From NCBI GenBank assembly GCA_016218345.1, contig JACREH010000026.1, positions 1 to 62,935 on the forward strand: a DNA stretch of 62,935 nt, written 5' to 3'. The notes under the pieces were generated by a model. The model ran no database searches. It saw only the letters and a program-made list of their open reading frames with translations, and was not told the DNA's origin. Source of the DNA: Gammaproteobacteria bacterium. GTDB lineage: Bacteria; Pseudomonadota; Gammaproteobacteria; Acidiferrobacterales; UBA6901. Every line of letters begins with the position of its first letter. Within the stretch, counting starts at the first letter, position 1. Positions 29,737 through 38,916 of the stretch are shown here, in pieces. The position numbers and the translations under genes are program-made.

Positions 29737-30062
29737 CGTTTGGCCTCCACTGTGCCCAGTGCCTTCGCGGCGTCGAAAAAGCGCAGCCCATACCGTTGCA
29801 TGTGGAAAGCCAACACGTCGCCGCCATGGGCGCCGCACGCCATACAACGGAAACCGCCGCTGTCGAGACGCACGCGCAGGCTGGGCTTGGTGTCGTTGTG
29901 GAAAGGGCAGACAGCGGATTTCCATTCACCGCCGCCGGTCAGCTTCAATCCCTGTCCGTGGTAATACTCGCCGGGGTTTGGTAAACGGTCGCGCTTGAAG
30001 GCGAAGGCAGGCCGGTTCAGTCCCCGCGTTGGGTTCGCATGTCGCATCGTTCGCCCCCTCAC
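29733..30062 (-). CDS. CHC2 zinc-finger (DnaG-type) protein
   Basis: CPFHNDTKPSLRV..FRCMACGAHGD. ATGA overlap with the primase. Start is GTG 30062 (overlapping the alpA stop) or ATG 30047. Confidence 0.7.
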   Translation of the reverse strand: MRGRTMRHANPTRGLNRPAFAFKRDRLPNPGEYYHGQGLKLTGGGEWKSAVCPFHNDTKPSLRVRLDSGGFRCMACGAHGGDVLAFHMQRYGLRFFDAAKALGTVEAKR

Positions 30063-30301
30063 ACCGCAGCCTTGCTGGCCGCTTCCGGATTCGCCACCAG
30101 GGCGCGAATATCTTCAATGCGCCATGCGGTTATTCTTTGTCCCAGGGATCTGACTGGTTGCGGATAGCGCCCGGATTTGACTCCGGCCCACCATGTGGAC
30201 CGGCTTACTGGGATGATTGCAGGAATAGGCGGATCCGCTCTGCGGTCGCCAATGATTTGCGGAAGACGAAGAAAACCTGTTTCTGGAAGTATTTGGGGCA
30301 T
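30059..30301 (-). CDS. alpA: AlpA-family transcriptional regulator / excisionase-like protein
   Basis: FLRLPQIIG...IPVSRSTWWAGVKSGRYPQPV is the Phage_AlpA helix-turn-helix pattern. Start is ATG 30301 or 30316. Confidence 0.8.
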   Translation of the reverse strand: MPQILPETGFLRLPQIIGDRRADPPIPAIIPVSRSTWWAGVKSGRYPQPVRSLGQRITAWRIEDIRALVANPEAASKAAV

Positions 30302-30525
30302 GAACGCCTCTCCCATTTTCGGGTTAGACGTCCAGCCAGCCGGGCTGCCAATTTAAAACGCGCTAGTCACGCGTTGCCCCTGGTCTTGAACATGTAAGCG
30401 TTATCGGTGTCGCTGTCGGTGTTCCGGACGGCAAACCCCCGGAGTCGAACCAGTGCTAATAGCCGCGCTACACCGCAACATTTACAGCATCATGAAATAA
30501 AAATCAAGAACATACGCCATGTGAT

Positions 30526-30539
30526 GGATGTGCACATCC
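30526..30539. promoter_or_regulatory. Perfect 14-bp palindrome GGATGTGCACATCC (operator-like)
   Basis: Lies in the divergent alpA/cargo intergenic region, next to an AT-rich stretch (CATGAAATAAAAATCAAGAACATA). Confidence 0.4.
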
Positions 30540-30708
30540 CTGGATCTCGTCACGCGCCAGGCTGCCAAGGGAAGCAGCTTGTCGCCTCGGCGGGCTAGGT
30601 TTCGCATTCTGGACACAATGTCCGTCGCTGTATACGTACATAGTGTTTGGGCATCCGCATTGTACGCTGCGAGGTAGCGCTGAAATAGGCGCAGCGCTAT
30701 AGTGATAG

Positions 30709-30748
30709 CGTCTGAGAGTGTCTGATACCGTCTGAGAGCGTCTGAGGA
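30709..30748. repeat. Four tandem 10-bp repeats CGTCTGAGAG / TGTCTGATAC / CGTCTGAGAG / CGTCTGAGGA
   Basis: Read directly from the sequence. Helical-period spacing; the array ends 9 nt before ATG 30757. Confidence 0.7.
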
Positions 30749-30756
30749 CTCTGCTT

Positions 30757-30948
30757 ATGGGCAAGGTGATACCCTTTCAAAGACCGACCAAGCAGTCGGA
30801 CAACACGAACCCGCCAGGGCCACAGAAGGTCTACGTGCGGTTCGGGGCGCCCGGCCTCATAGAGTGGCTAGAGTCCATCCCTCCACATCTCCGGAAAGGG
30901 GGCACGCTCAAGATCACTCTCCCGGAGAAAAGCCCACTCCCGAAGTAA
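30757..30948 (+). CDS. Hypothetical protein (63 aa)
   Basis: ATG preceded by GAGGA. No recognisable motif. Confidence 0.4.
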   Translation: MGKVIPFQRPTKQSDNTNPPGPQKVYVRFGAPGLIEWLESIPPHLRKGGTLKITLPEKSPLPK

Positions 30949-30989
30949 CGCCTCAAGATAGAGGGCAGGATTTCGCGGAGGGGCCAAAA

Positions 30990-31358
30990 ATGACCGCATC
31001 GCCCCAACAGATCAAGCTGGCCAACCAACACCCGCTCAACAAGGCGGCCAGGACGTTCTTGCCGAAGGACTGGCAGGCGAACGAAATGACGGAACTCCAC
31101 GTCCTGAGTCTGATGCGCTGGGGGCTGGAGAATGGCCTGGAGATAAACCAGCGGGGTAGGCCGACCCAGGAAGAAGTGGAAAGCAGGATCGAAATTCTGG
31201 CAAGGCAAAAGCCTCAAGCGACGATGCGGTTCCTGATAGACCCGGAAAAGACCGGGGACGTGGTGCTGGACGAGGCGGACCTTCTGGAACAGGAGTCGCC
31301 ACTGGACGCGGCGGGGTTTCTACTGGAGTCGCTGGTAACAAGCATGGAAGCGGCGTAA
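30990..31358 (+). CDS. Hypothetical protein (122 aa, acidic C-terminus)
   Basis: ATG preceded by GGAGGGG. No recognisable motif. Confidence 0.5.
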   Translation: MTASPQQIKLANQHPLNKAARTFLPKDWQANEMTELHVLSLMRWGLENGLEINQRGRPTQEEVESRIEILARQKPQATMRFLIDPEKTGDVVLDEADLLEQESPLDAAGFLLESLVTSMEAA

Positions 31359-31504
31359 CGCTTGAGCAGGCTGAGAAGCAGAAGGTCGAAGGCGAATTCA
31401 CCGAGACCGTGCTCAAGGAATACCGGCTGCAATGCTTCGCGGTCCAGGGACGGCTGAACCAGGTTGAGCTTCTCAATAATCGTATTTATTTGTGAGGACA
31501 GTCG

Positions 31505-32110
31505 TTGGTGTCAGCGGCAACACCACATATCGCTGTCAGATACCTCAGCCTCTTTAGCTGGGGCAGGCCGCCGTTGCCATGGGGTTTGGCCGACAAGATC
31601 AACATAGCGTTGCGGGAGCACGACATAGCGAGTGTTGGGGTGACAGGTTCCTTGTGCCCGTCGGTCCTAACAGCCCTGGCCTACGGCTCGCCTGGGCGAA
31701 AGGTAAACGCATTCAACTGCAAGTCTCGCTGGGGTGACGGGGTTGGCTGGAATTGCGTTCTGGACGACTCGCCAGGCATGGAGCTGGATGCTCCCCGAGG
31801 CGAGCCATACCTCCCCGTCAGCAACGTCCATTTTTGGGACGGGGCAACACCGTTTTTTTATTCCCAGGCGCTATTTGTAGACTTACCTTTTAAGCACAGC
31901 CATGTGCGGCTCAAAATCGAACACCTGAATGGCTTTGACCATCGCTTGCTGCTGCTGGGGTTTCTTGACGAACACGATGGGCCTGTGGATGTGCTGGACT
32001 GGGCCATGTCGAAAGGCTACGAGGTTTCAGAGCATGCCGAGAACATAACGAATGTTGAAAAATCAATGTCCCTGGAGTATCGATTGAAAATATTACGGAA
32101 ACCTATGTGA
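31505..32110 (+). CDS. Hypothetical protein (201 aa)
   Basis: TTG/GTG start 8 nt after GAGGA. Lower-GC codon usage. No recognisable motif. Confidence 0.5.
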   Translation: MVSAATPHIAVRYLSLFSWGRPPLPWGLADKINIALREHDIASVGVTGSLCPSVLTALAYGSPGRKVNAFNCKSRWGDGVGWNCVLDDSPGMELDAPRGEPYLPVSNVHFWDGATPFFYSQALFVDLPFKHSHVRLKIEHLNGFDHRLLLLGFLDEHDGPVDVLDWAMSKGYEVSEHAENITNVEKSMSLEYRLKILRKPM

Positions 32111-32224
32111 CTAATAAATAGAGCCCGGCGATCTGGTCGGTGTGCGACATGGTTCAGGCAGGTGTTTCGATGCAGGATATGACGTTCTCGAATAAGGGTT
32201 ACGTCACTTTTTCTAGATGAAGTG

Positions 32225-32896
32225 ATGAAAGCGCAATTGATGGAAAAGCAGGTTAAATCGAAACAACGGGTCGCCGATCACGGCGAGGTATTGACCAACA
32301 AACGAGAGGTCAATGCCATGCTCGATTTGGTGAAACAGGAAACAGAGCGGATTGAATCCCGTTTTCTTGAGCCTGCATGCGGGACAGGGAATTTCCTTAC
32401 AGAAATTCTTGAACGCAAATTGCGCATCGTTGAAGGCCGGTACGGCAAGAGCCAACTGGAATACGAGAGGTATGCCGTGCTCGCGGTGTCATCTAGCTAC
32501 GGTATAGATATCCTATTTGATAACGTCCAAGAGTGTCGTAAGCGGCTTTTCGATATCTTCAATCAGAAGTACACAGGCTTGTTCAACGGACGAGCTAAGG
32601 ATGAATGTCGTAACGCCATCCGATTTATTCTGGAGCGAAATATCATTTGGGGAGATGCGCTCTCGCTCAAGACGGTGGGCGAGAACCCGAAGTCGATTGT
32701 CTTTTCTGAATGGTCGCCAGTGAACGGAAGCATGCTAAAACGGCGGGATTTCACGTTCCATGGTTTGCTCGCGCATGAGGCAATCAAAGAACTACCGCTC
32801 TTCTCCGATCTCGGTGAGGATGTCTTTATCCCAACACCGGAGAAGGAATACCCCCTAACTCACTTTCTTGAGGTGGCGAAAGTTGACGACTGGTAA
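32225..32896 (+). CDS. Truncated N6-adenine methyltransferase-like protein lacking catalytic motif IV
   Basis: [29 protein letters not shown] (motif I), YGIDIL, and IIWGDAL. No (D/N/S)PP(Y/F/W) tetrapeptide occurs anywhere in the protein. Confidence 0.65.
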   Translation: MKAQLMEKQVKSKQRVADHGEVLTNKREVNAMLDLVKQETERIESRFLEPACGTGNFLTEILERKLRIVEGRYGKSQLEYERYAVLAVSSSYGIDILFDNVQECRKRLFDIFNQKYTGLFNGRAKDECRNAIRFILERNIIWGDALSLKTVGENPKSIVFSEWSPVNGSMLKRRDFTFHGLLAHEAIKELPLFSDLGEDVFIPTPEKEYPLTHFLEVAKVDDW

Positions 32897-34406
32897 TTAC
32901 AATCCGGACGTGTTGACTTGCCTGGCAAACCTCAGCAGTGACGAGGTGTTCACGCCGCCGCAAATGGCGAATCAGATGCTCGACTTGCTTTCGATAGAGC
33001 TCTGGAGCAATAAGAACGCTACGTTTCTGGATCCTGGCTGCAAATCAGGCGTGTTTCTGCGCGAGATCGCCAAGCGCCTCGATAAAGGGCTGGAAGCGCA
33101 GATTCCACACCGCCAGAAACGACTGAACCACATTTTCAAAAATCAGCTCTACGGTCTTGCCACAACCGACCTGACCGCCCTATTGTCACGCCGGTCCGCA
33201 TACTGCTCCAAGACGGCCAATGGGAAGTATTCAGTCTGCGAAGCCTTCGATAACCCACAAGGCAATATCCGTTTCGGGCGCGTCGAGCACACATGGCAGA
33301 ATGGCCGATGCGCGTACTGCGGAGCCAATGAGGAGAACTATGAGCGAAGCAGCGAACTGGAAAGCCATGCCTACACGTTCATTCACACTGACAAGCCAGA
33401 GGAGATTTTCGACATGAAATTCGATGTCGTCATCAGCAACCCGCCGTATCAGTTGAGCGATGCTGGTTATGGCGCCAGCGCGTCACCGATCTACCACAAG
33501 TTCGTCGAGAGCGCGATCAGCCTCAACCCACGTTACATCGTGATGATTACGCCATCACGCTGGTTCGCCGGCGGCAAGGGATTGGACGAATTCCGTGAAC
33601 GGATGCTCAGCGAATCGCGTCTACGGAACCTCGTTGACTATCCGAAGCTTTACGACGGATTCCCAGGCGTGAAGATACGAGGTGGTGTCTCATATTTTCT
33701 GTGGGATCGCGACTACGACGGTCCATGCACCGTACAGACGATGTGGGACGGCGCGCCGCTCGGTTCACCGATGGAGCGAAGTTTGAACACCTACGACGTT
33801 CTCGTCCGCCGGAACGAGGCTGTCTCAATTCTCGACAAGGTCCGTGCCTATCGCGTCGGAGGAAAGGCGGAGCGAACTCTGGATGCGTGCGTGTCCAGTC
33901 AGAAGCCGTTCGGGCTGCGAACATTCGTTCACGGTGCTGAGTCCAGGAAGGGACTAAAGCGTCCGGTTAAGCTCTATGGTTCACAGCGCGTCTCGTGGGT
34001 GGAACGAACAGCGATCGAAAGGAACGCGTCATGGATAGATGAATGGAAGGTCCTGATGACGCGTGTCCAGGGCACGAGTGCAGCGGTGGAGACCATGTTC
34101 TTGAGTCGGCCCATCATTGCTGGGCCAGGCGAGGCTTGCACAGAATCATATGTGGTCGCGGGCCGATTCACGAACGAAAAAACCGCAAAGCTCTACGCGC
34201 AGTATTTACGAACCCGGTTTGTCCGGTTCTTGGTGTCACTGCGCAAGGCGACGCAGGACGCGGCCAAGGATGTCTACGCGTTCGTCCCAGACGTTCCGCT
34301 CAACCTGGCGTGGACCGACGAGAAACTCTATGAACGCTACGGGCTAACAAAGGACGAGATCGCTCTTATTGAGTCTATTGTGCGCCCGATGGATGCAGAT
34401 GAATGA
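32883..34406 (+). CDS. Gamma-class N6-adenine DNA methyltransferase (Eco57I/N6_Mtase-like)
   Basis: [28 protein letters not shown] (motif I), [10 protein letters not shown] (motif IV), and a C-terminal region of about 250 aa that could be a TRD. The start is uncertain (TTG 32868 / TTG 32883 / GTG 32910). Confidence 0.85.
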   Translation: MTTGNYNPDVLTCLANLSSDEVFTPPQMANQMLDLLSIELWSNKNATFLDPGCKSGVFLREIAKRLDKGLEAQIPHRQKRLNHIFKNQLYGLATTDLTALLSRRSAYCSKTANGKYSVCEAFDNPQGNIRFGRVEHTWQNGRCAYCGANEENYERSSELESHAYTFIHTDKPEEIFDMKFDVVISNPPYQLSDAGYGASASPIYHKFVESAISLNPRYIVMITPSRWFAGGKGLDEFRERMLSESRLRNLVDYPKLYDGFPGVKIRGGVSYFLWDRDYDGPCTVQTMWDGAPLGSPMERSLNTYDVLVRRNEAVSILDKVRAYRVGGKAERTLDACVSSQKPFGLRTFVHGAESRKGLKRPVKLYGSQRVSWVERTAIERNASWIDEWKVLMTRVQGTSAAVETMFLSRPIIAGPGEACTESYVVAGRFTNEKTAKLYAQYLRTRFVRFLVSLRKATQDAAKDVYAFVPDVPLNLAWTDEKLYERYGLTKDEIALIESIVRPMDADE

Positions 34407-36925
34407 GTAAAGACTTCTTCCCCCCGCGCCCTGACTCGCGGCCTGCCATCTATGCCTACGAGGATACGAATTCGCAGTATGCGGGCCTACTTAAAGTCGG
34501 CTATACGACCGTGGATGTGCAGAGCCGTGTTGCCCAGCAGTACCCGACTTTACGACCCGGCAAGCCGCCCTATAGGATCATCCTGGAAGAGCCCTCCATG
34601 CGGAATGACGGGACGGTATTCACCGACCACGATGTCCACCGGATGCTCCGACTCAATGGCGTTAAGAATCCAGAAGGCGAGTGGTTTCTTTGCACGGTCG
34701 CCCAGGTCAAGGCGGCGATCATTTCTGTTCGGACCGGACAACTGAACGAAGAGAACCGGACACTCGATTTCAGAATGCGGCCGGAGCAGGAAGCGGCGGT
34801 CGAGAAGACGGCGGCGTACTTCACAAGTTGGCGCAAGGAAAAGGGCAACCGGAACAAGCCGCCGCACTTCCTGTGGAATGCGAAGATGCGTTTCGGCAAG
34901 ACATTTTCCACCTACCAGTTGGCGAAAAAAATGGGCTGGCGCAAAGTGCTGGTGCTCACCTTCAAGCCCGCAGTGCAGAGTGCCTGGGAAGACGACCTGA
35001 AATCTCATGTTGATTTCGAGGGTTGGCAGTTCATCTCTCCGGGCGGTCTACCCTTTGGAAAGGTAAACAAAAGGAAACCGTTCGTCTGTTTCGGCTCATT
35101 TCAAGATTATCTAGGAAGGAACCGCAGCACGGGTGGGATCAAAACAAAAAACGAGTGGGTTCATGCAACCCAATGGGACTGTATCATCCTCGACGAATAC
35201 CACTATGGCGCCTGGCGCGAAAACGCAAAAGAACTTTTTGATGAAGAAGTTGAGAAGGCGGCTGAGCGAACTGACGAGGAAGAGCGCTTTGATGTCATTG
35301 AAGACATCATACCTATCACAACTGACGCCTATCTATATCTTTCCGGCACACCATTCCGAGCCATCGCATCCGGCGAGTTTATCGAGGAGCAGATATTCAG
35401 CTGGACTTACTCAGATGAGCAGCGGGCGAAAAGGGACTGGAAGGGCATTAACAATCCCTACGCCGCGTTGCCAAGGATGGTGCTCCTGACCTACCAACTC
35501 CCGGACGCGATCCGGGAAATCGCCATGCAAGGTGAGTTCAACGAGTTCGATCTGAACGTCTTCTTCTCTGCCGAGGGCATCGGCGACAAGGCGAAGTTCA
35601 AGTATGAGGACGAGGTTCAGAAGTGGCTGGACCTGATTCGCGGCGCGTTCCTGCCGACCAGTGTTGACAATCTGAAACTCGGGGCGCAGAAGCCGCCGAT
35701 GCCGTTTTCGGACGTGCGGCTCCTGAACGTGCTATCACACACATTCTGGTTCCTCCCCAGCGTGGCCTCCTGTCACGCCATGCGCAACTTGCTAGCAAAG
35801 AAACAGAACCGGTTCTACCACGACTACAAGGTGATCGTGGCGGCGGGTAGCGCAGCCGGAATGGGCGTCGCGGTTTTGCCGCCAGTGCAGGAGGCGATGG
35901 ACGACCCTCTCAAAACAAAGACCATCACGCTGTCTTGCGGCAAGTTGACCACGGGCGTGACTGTGAAACCGTGGTCGGGCATTCTCATGCTTCGCAATTC
36001 ATCCAGCCCTGAGACGTATTTTCAAGCAGCCTTCCGAGTGCAGTCACCTTGGACGGTCCGCAACCCGGACGGAGCATCCCCGAACGAAGAACAGATCATC
36101 AAGGAAGAGTGCTACGTCTTTGACTTTGCGCCGGATCGGGCATTGCGGCAAATCGCCGACTACAGTTGCCGTTTAAACGTAGATGAGTCGAACCCGGAAA
36201 AGAAGGTTGCAGAGTTCATCAGCTTCCTGCCGGTCCTCGCCTACGATGGCAGTTCGATGAAGCAAATTGACGCCGCCGGCATTCTCGACATGGCGATGAG
36301 CGGAACTACTGCAACGTTGCTGGCGCGGCGCTGGGAAAGTGCGTTGCTCGTGAATGTGGACAACGACACCTTGCGTCGCCTGATGAACAACAAGAAGGCG
36401 ATGGATGCCCTCATGAGCATTGAGGGTTTCCGCAATCTCAATCAGGAGATCAAGACCATCATCAACAAGTCGGAAGCCGTGAAAAAAGCCCGCAAGGAAG
36501 CCAACGACGAGGAGTTGTCCACGAAGGAAAAGAAGAAACTGACCGAAGAGGAGAAGGAGTATAAGGGCCTTCGGAAGCAGATTCAGGAGAAGCTCATCAA
36601 ATTCGCTACGCGGGTGCCCATTTTCATGTACCTGACCGACTACCGCGAGCGGACGCTGAAGGACGTGATTACGCAGCTGGAACCGGGGCTCTTCAAGAAG
36701 GTCACCGGTCTGACCGTGAAAGACTTCGAATTGCTCGTGAGCCTTGGGGTCTTCAACAGCGCATTGATGAACGATGCAGTCTACAAATTCAAGCGGTATG
36801 AGGATGCCAGCTTGAGCTATACAGGAATCAACAAACATGAAGGCGAGGATGTCGGCCTTTATGATACAGTGCTGAGCGCGGGTGACTATCAATCCACTTT
36901 TGTGAATGTCACTGCTAAACCATGA
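34403..36925 (+). CDS. T5orf172/GIY-YIG-like nuclease domain fused to an SNF2/ResIII-type helicase
   Basis: N-terminus: [25 protein letters not shown]. Helicase motifs: RFGKTF (I), ILDEYHY (II) and YLSGTPFRA (III). It ends in a K/E-rich coiled-coil tail. ATGA overlap with the MTase. Confidence 0.85.
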   Translation: MSKDFFPPRPDSRPAIYAYEDTNSQYAGLLKVGYTTVDVQSRVAQQYPTLRPGKPPYRIILEEPSMRNDGTVFTDHDVHRMLRLNGVKNPEGEWFLCTVAQVKAAIISVRTGQLNEENRTLDFRMRPEQEAAVEKTAAYFTSWRKEKGNRNKPPHFLWNAKMRFGKTFSTYQLAKKMGWRKVLVLTFKPAVQSAWEDDLKSHVDFEGWQFISPGGLPFGKVNKRKPFVCFGSFQDYLGRNRSTGGIKTKNEWVHATQWDCIILDEYHYGAWRENAKELFDEEVEKAAERTDEEERFDVIEDIIPITTDAYLYLSGTPFRAIASGEFIEEQIFSWTYSDEQRAKRDWKGINNPYAALPRMVLLTYQLPDAIREIAMQGEFNEFDLNVFFSAEGIGDKAKFKYEDEVQKWLDLIRGAFLPTSVDNLKLGAQKPPMPFSDVRLLNVLSHTFWFLPSVASCHAMRNLLAKKQNRFYHDYKVIVAAGSAAGMGVAVLPPVQEAMDDPLKTKTITLSCGKLTTGVTVKPWSGILMLRNSSSPETYFQAAFRVQSPWTVRNPDGASPNEEQIIKEECYVFDFAPDRALRQIADYSCRLNVDESNPEKKVAEFISFLPVLAYDGSSMKQIDAAGILDMAMSGTTATLLARRWESALLVNVDNDTLRRLMNNKKAMDALMSIEGFRNLNQEIKTIINKSEAVKKARKEANDEELSTKEKKKLTEEEKEYKGLRKQIQEKLIKFATRVPIFMYLTDYRERTLKDVITQLEPGLFKKVTGLTVKDFELLVSLGVFNSALMNDAVYKFKRYEDASLSYTGINKHEGEDVGLYDTVLSAGDYQSTFVNVTAKP

Positions 36926-37002
36926 GCAGGTGCGCTTTGAGTTAATGCTGGAGAACAATTGTCAGTAGTAACTCCCTGACAGCCTCACAAATTAGAGAAT
37001 CT

Positions 37003-38037
37003 ATGGCCATTTGGTTAATTCGCGCCGGCTCCCACGGCGAATACGAACATAAGTTCATCCAGGAAGCCCGAGTCTATGTGACTTGGGAGGGTCTCGATGT
37101 GAATCTCGCCAACCTCAAACAACGCGCCGATTTGACGGCAGCGATGACCGAGCGTTCACCGGACAAGAAGCCAAAAGCAATTATGAATTGGGTTAGTCAG
37201 GTGTGGCCATTTGCTCAGGAGATGAAGAAAGGCGACCTGGTTGTGTTGCCGCTCAAGTCGCAGCCCGCAATCCAGGTTGGCGAGATAACGGGCGATTACC
37301 ACTTCGAGTCAGCCGGGCCGGACCCATACTTTCACTGGCGGCCGGTGAAATGGATTGCCGAGGCCGTGCCGCGCGCCAACTTCGGTAGAGACTTGCTATA
37401 TACTTTCGGCGCGTTTATGACGATCTGTCGCGTGCAGCGTAACAACGCGGAACAACGTATCGCCGCCATGCGGGCGAACAGTTGGAAACCAGAAACGGTC
37501 GTGGCCGCTACTAAGGCAACAACGCCGGCCAGCGATGAAGCGGCAGAAGACACCGACCTCGAAGCACTCGCTCTCGACCAGATTGCCCAACTTATAGCCG
37601 CGCGTTTCAAGGGTCACGGTCTAACGCGACTGGTGGAAGCCATTCTTAAGGCGCAGGGTTACACCACCTACCGCAGTGCAGAAGGCGCAGACGGTGGCGC
37701 AGATATCCTTGCGGGTGCCGGCCCACTCGGCTTCGAAAAGCCGCGACTCTGTGTCGAAGTGAAATCGGAAAGCGGTCCCATCGACAGGCCGACAGTGGAT
37801 AAACTGCTGGGTGCGGTCGCCAAGTTCGGCGCAGATGAGGGCTTGTTTGTTTCATGGGGTGGCTTCAAGAGCAACGTACAAAAGGAACTCGCGGCCAGTT
37901 TTTTCCGGGTGCGACTGTGGACACAGAAAGAACTTCTGGAACAACTCTTTGCTAATTACGATCAGTTAGATGAGGACTTGAAGGCTGAGCTGCCCTTGAA
38001 GCGAATCTGGATGGTGGCGGCGCAGGAAGAAGAGTAG
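37003..38037 (+). CDS. Mrr-family (type IV-like) restriction endonuclease with N-terminal reader-like domain
   Basis: C-terminal Mrr_cat pattern GADGGADILAG...RLCVEVKS...GLFVSWGGF. The N-terminal 150 aa (MAIWLIRAGSHGEYEHKF...) is typical of this enzyme family. Confidence 0.75.
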   Translation: MAIWLIRAGSHGEYEHKFIQEARVYVTWEGLDVNLANLKQRADLTAAMTERSPDKKPKAIMNWVSQVWPFAQEMKKGDLVVLPLKSQPAIQVGEITGDYHFESAGPDPYFHWRPVKWIAEAVPRANFGRDLLYTFGAFMTICRVQRNNAEQRIAAMRANSWKPETVVAATKATTPASDEAAEDTDLEALALDQIAQLIAARFKGHGLTRLVEAILKAQGYTTYRSAEGADGGADILAGAGPLGFEKPRLCVEVKSESGPIDRPTVDKLLGAVAKFGADEGLFVSWGGFKSNVQKELAASFFRVRLWTQKELLEQLFANYDQLDEDLKAELPLKRIWMVAAQEEE

Positions 38038-38153
38038 GAGTTTTTGCAATTAGTCACGCCGCTTGCGCGGGGCCACTGGCGGACCAGAGCTTTGCCTAGC
38101 CCCTAGCCTTCCCAAGACTACTCCCCGTATTGAATGTTGGTTGCGCTGTTGAC

Positions 38154-38489
38154 TCAGGGCAACCACGTTGCTGGAATGTTAGTAGTACCTATTTTGAGCT
38201 TTGAATCCTCATAGCTAATCGTCAGAGGATCCTGTGTAGGCGGTACACGTCTTAGACCGCCCATAACGGGTAGCGCAATAATGACTTTGCCCTGCCAGGA
38301 ACCACTGGCCGGGAGAGTATGATCTACTCCTATCGCTGAAATGGTGAGGTTGGTTCCATCATATTCAAATTCGACTTCCTCTCTGGCGATGTTGCGTTTG
38401 CCTAGTTTGGCGCCATATCGCATCGCTTTGAGGCATCCTACGAAATCAGCCAGAGCAACAACGAGTTTAAAATTGTTTGTTGGAATCAT
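38154..38489 (-). CDS. Hypothetical protein (111 aa)
   Basis: Low-GC ORF with beta-rich sequence and no recognisable motif. Confidence 0.45.
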   Translation of the reverse strand: MIPTNNFKLVVALADFVGCLKAMRYGAKLGKRNIAREEVEFEYDGTNLTISAIGVDHTLPASGSWQGKVIIALPVMGGLRRVPPTQDPLTISYEDSKLKIGTTNIPATWLP

Positions 38490-38629
38490 AATTACCGGCT
38501 TCCTAATCTAATCAGATCCTGAATTTCTACCGCGCCACGATCCCCGTTCAAATTGCACATGCAGCACATCGTTTCTGCCGGGACTTTAAAAACTGGGGCT
38601 GGCTGCGCGATGCGAGGCTATAGGAGACA

Positions 38630-38878
38630 TTACGAAATGAGTTTTGGGAACGACTCAAAGACAATTTCTTTCGTTTCGCTCATGTACTTTCTTACGGTAT
38701 CGATGTCTCCCGCCGATACCCCGCCTGTAACTTGTATGACATCGTCCAAGGAGTAGAACTCATAATAGGTGCCGTCATCAAAGACGAGGAACAGTTGCGA
38801 CTTTGGTGATTTGTCGCCGGTCTTGATTACGATTCCCTTGATCGTTTTTCCCAGAATTTCTTGCGCACCGTCTTTCAT
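38630..38878 (-). CDS. Hypothetical protein (82 aa)
   Basis: Low-GC ORF with no recognisable motif. Confidence 0.45.
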   Translation of the reverse strand: MKDGAQEILGKTIKGIVIKTGDKSPKSQLFLVFDDGTYYEFYSLDDVIQVTGGVSAGDIDTVRKYMSETKEIVFESFPKLIS

Positions 38879-38916
38879 TTCCGTCCTCCAGCAGGTTCCA
38901 CAAGGTAAGGGCTATT

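Noticed and set aside
30431-30476. tRNA-like fragment. The minus strand reads ...CACTGGTTCGACTCCGGGGGTTTGCC, with a T-arm-like GGTTCGACTCC.
   Set aside because: Only a T-arm-like segment with an imperfect stem is present. There is no anticodon arm, D-arm or CCA end, so it cannot be supported as a tRNA or as an att remnant from the sequence alone.
31313-31319. GGGGTTT as a -1 frameshift site linking the 122-aa ORF to the downstream coding-like frame.
   Set aside because: It is not a canonical X XXY YYZ heptamer. Third-position GC favours the zero frame up to its own stop, and there is no obvious downstream pseudoknot.
31493-31495. TGA in frame with the 201-aa ORF read as selenocysteine or programmed readthrough.
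   Set aside because: No SECIS-like hairpin is evident immediately downstream. A good SD-TTG start follows, so a remnant or junction explanation is simpler.
38154-38489. The 111-aa protein as a single beta-clamp-like domain.
   Set aside because: The idea rests only on a vague alternating beta-strand pattern. There is no diagnostic motif, so it needs structure prediction before it can be claimed.
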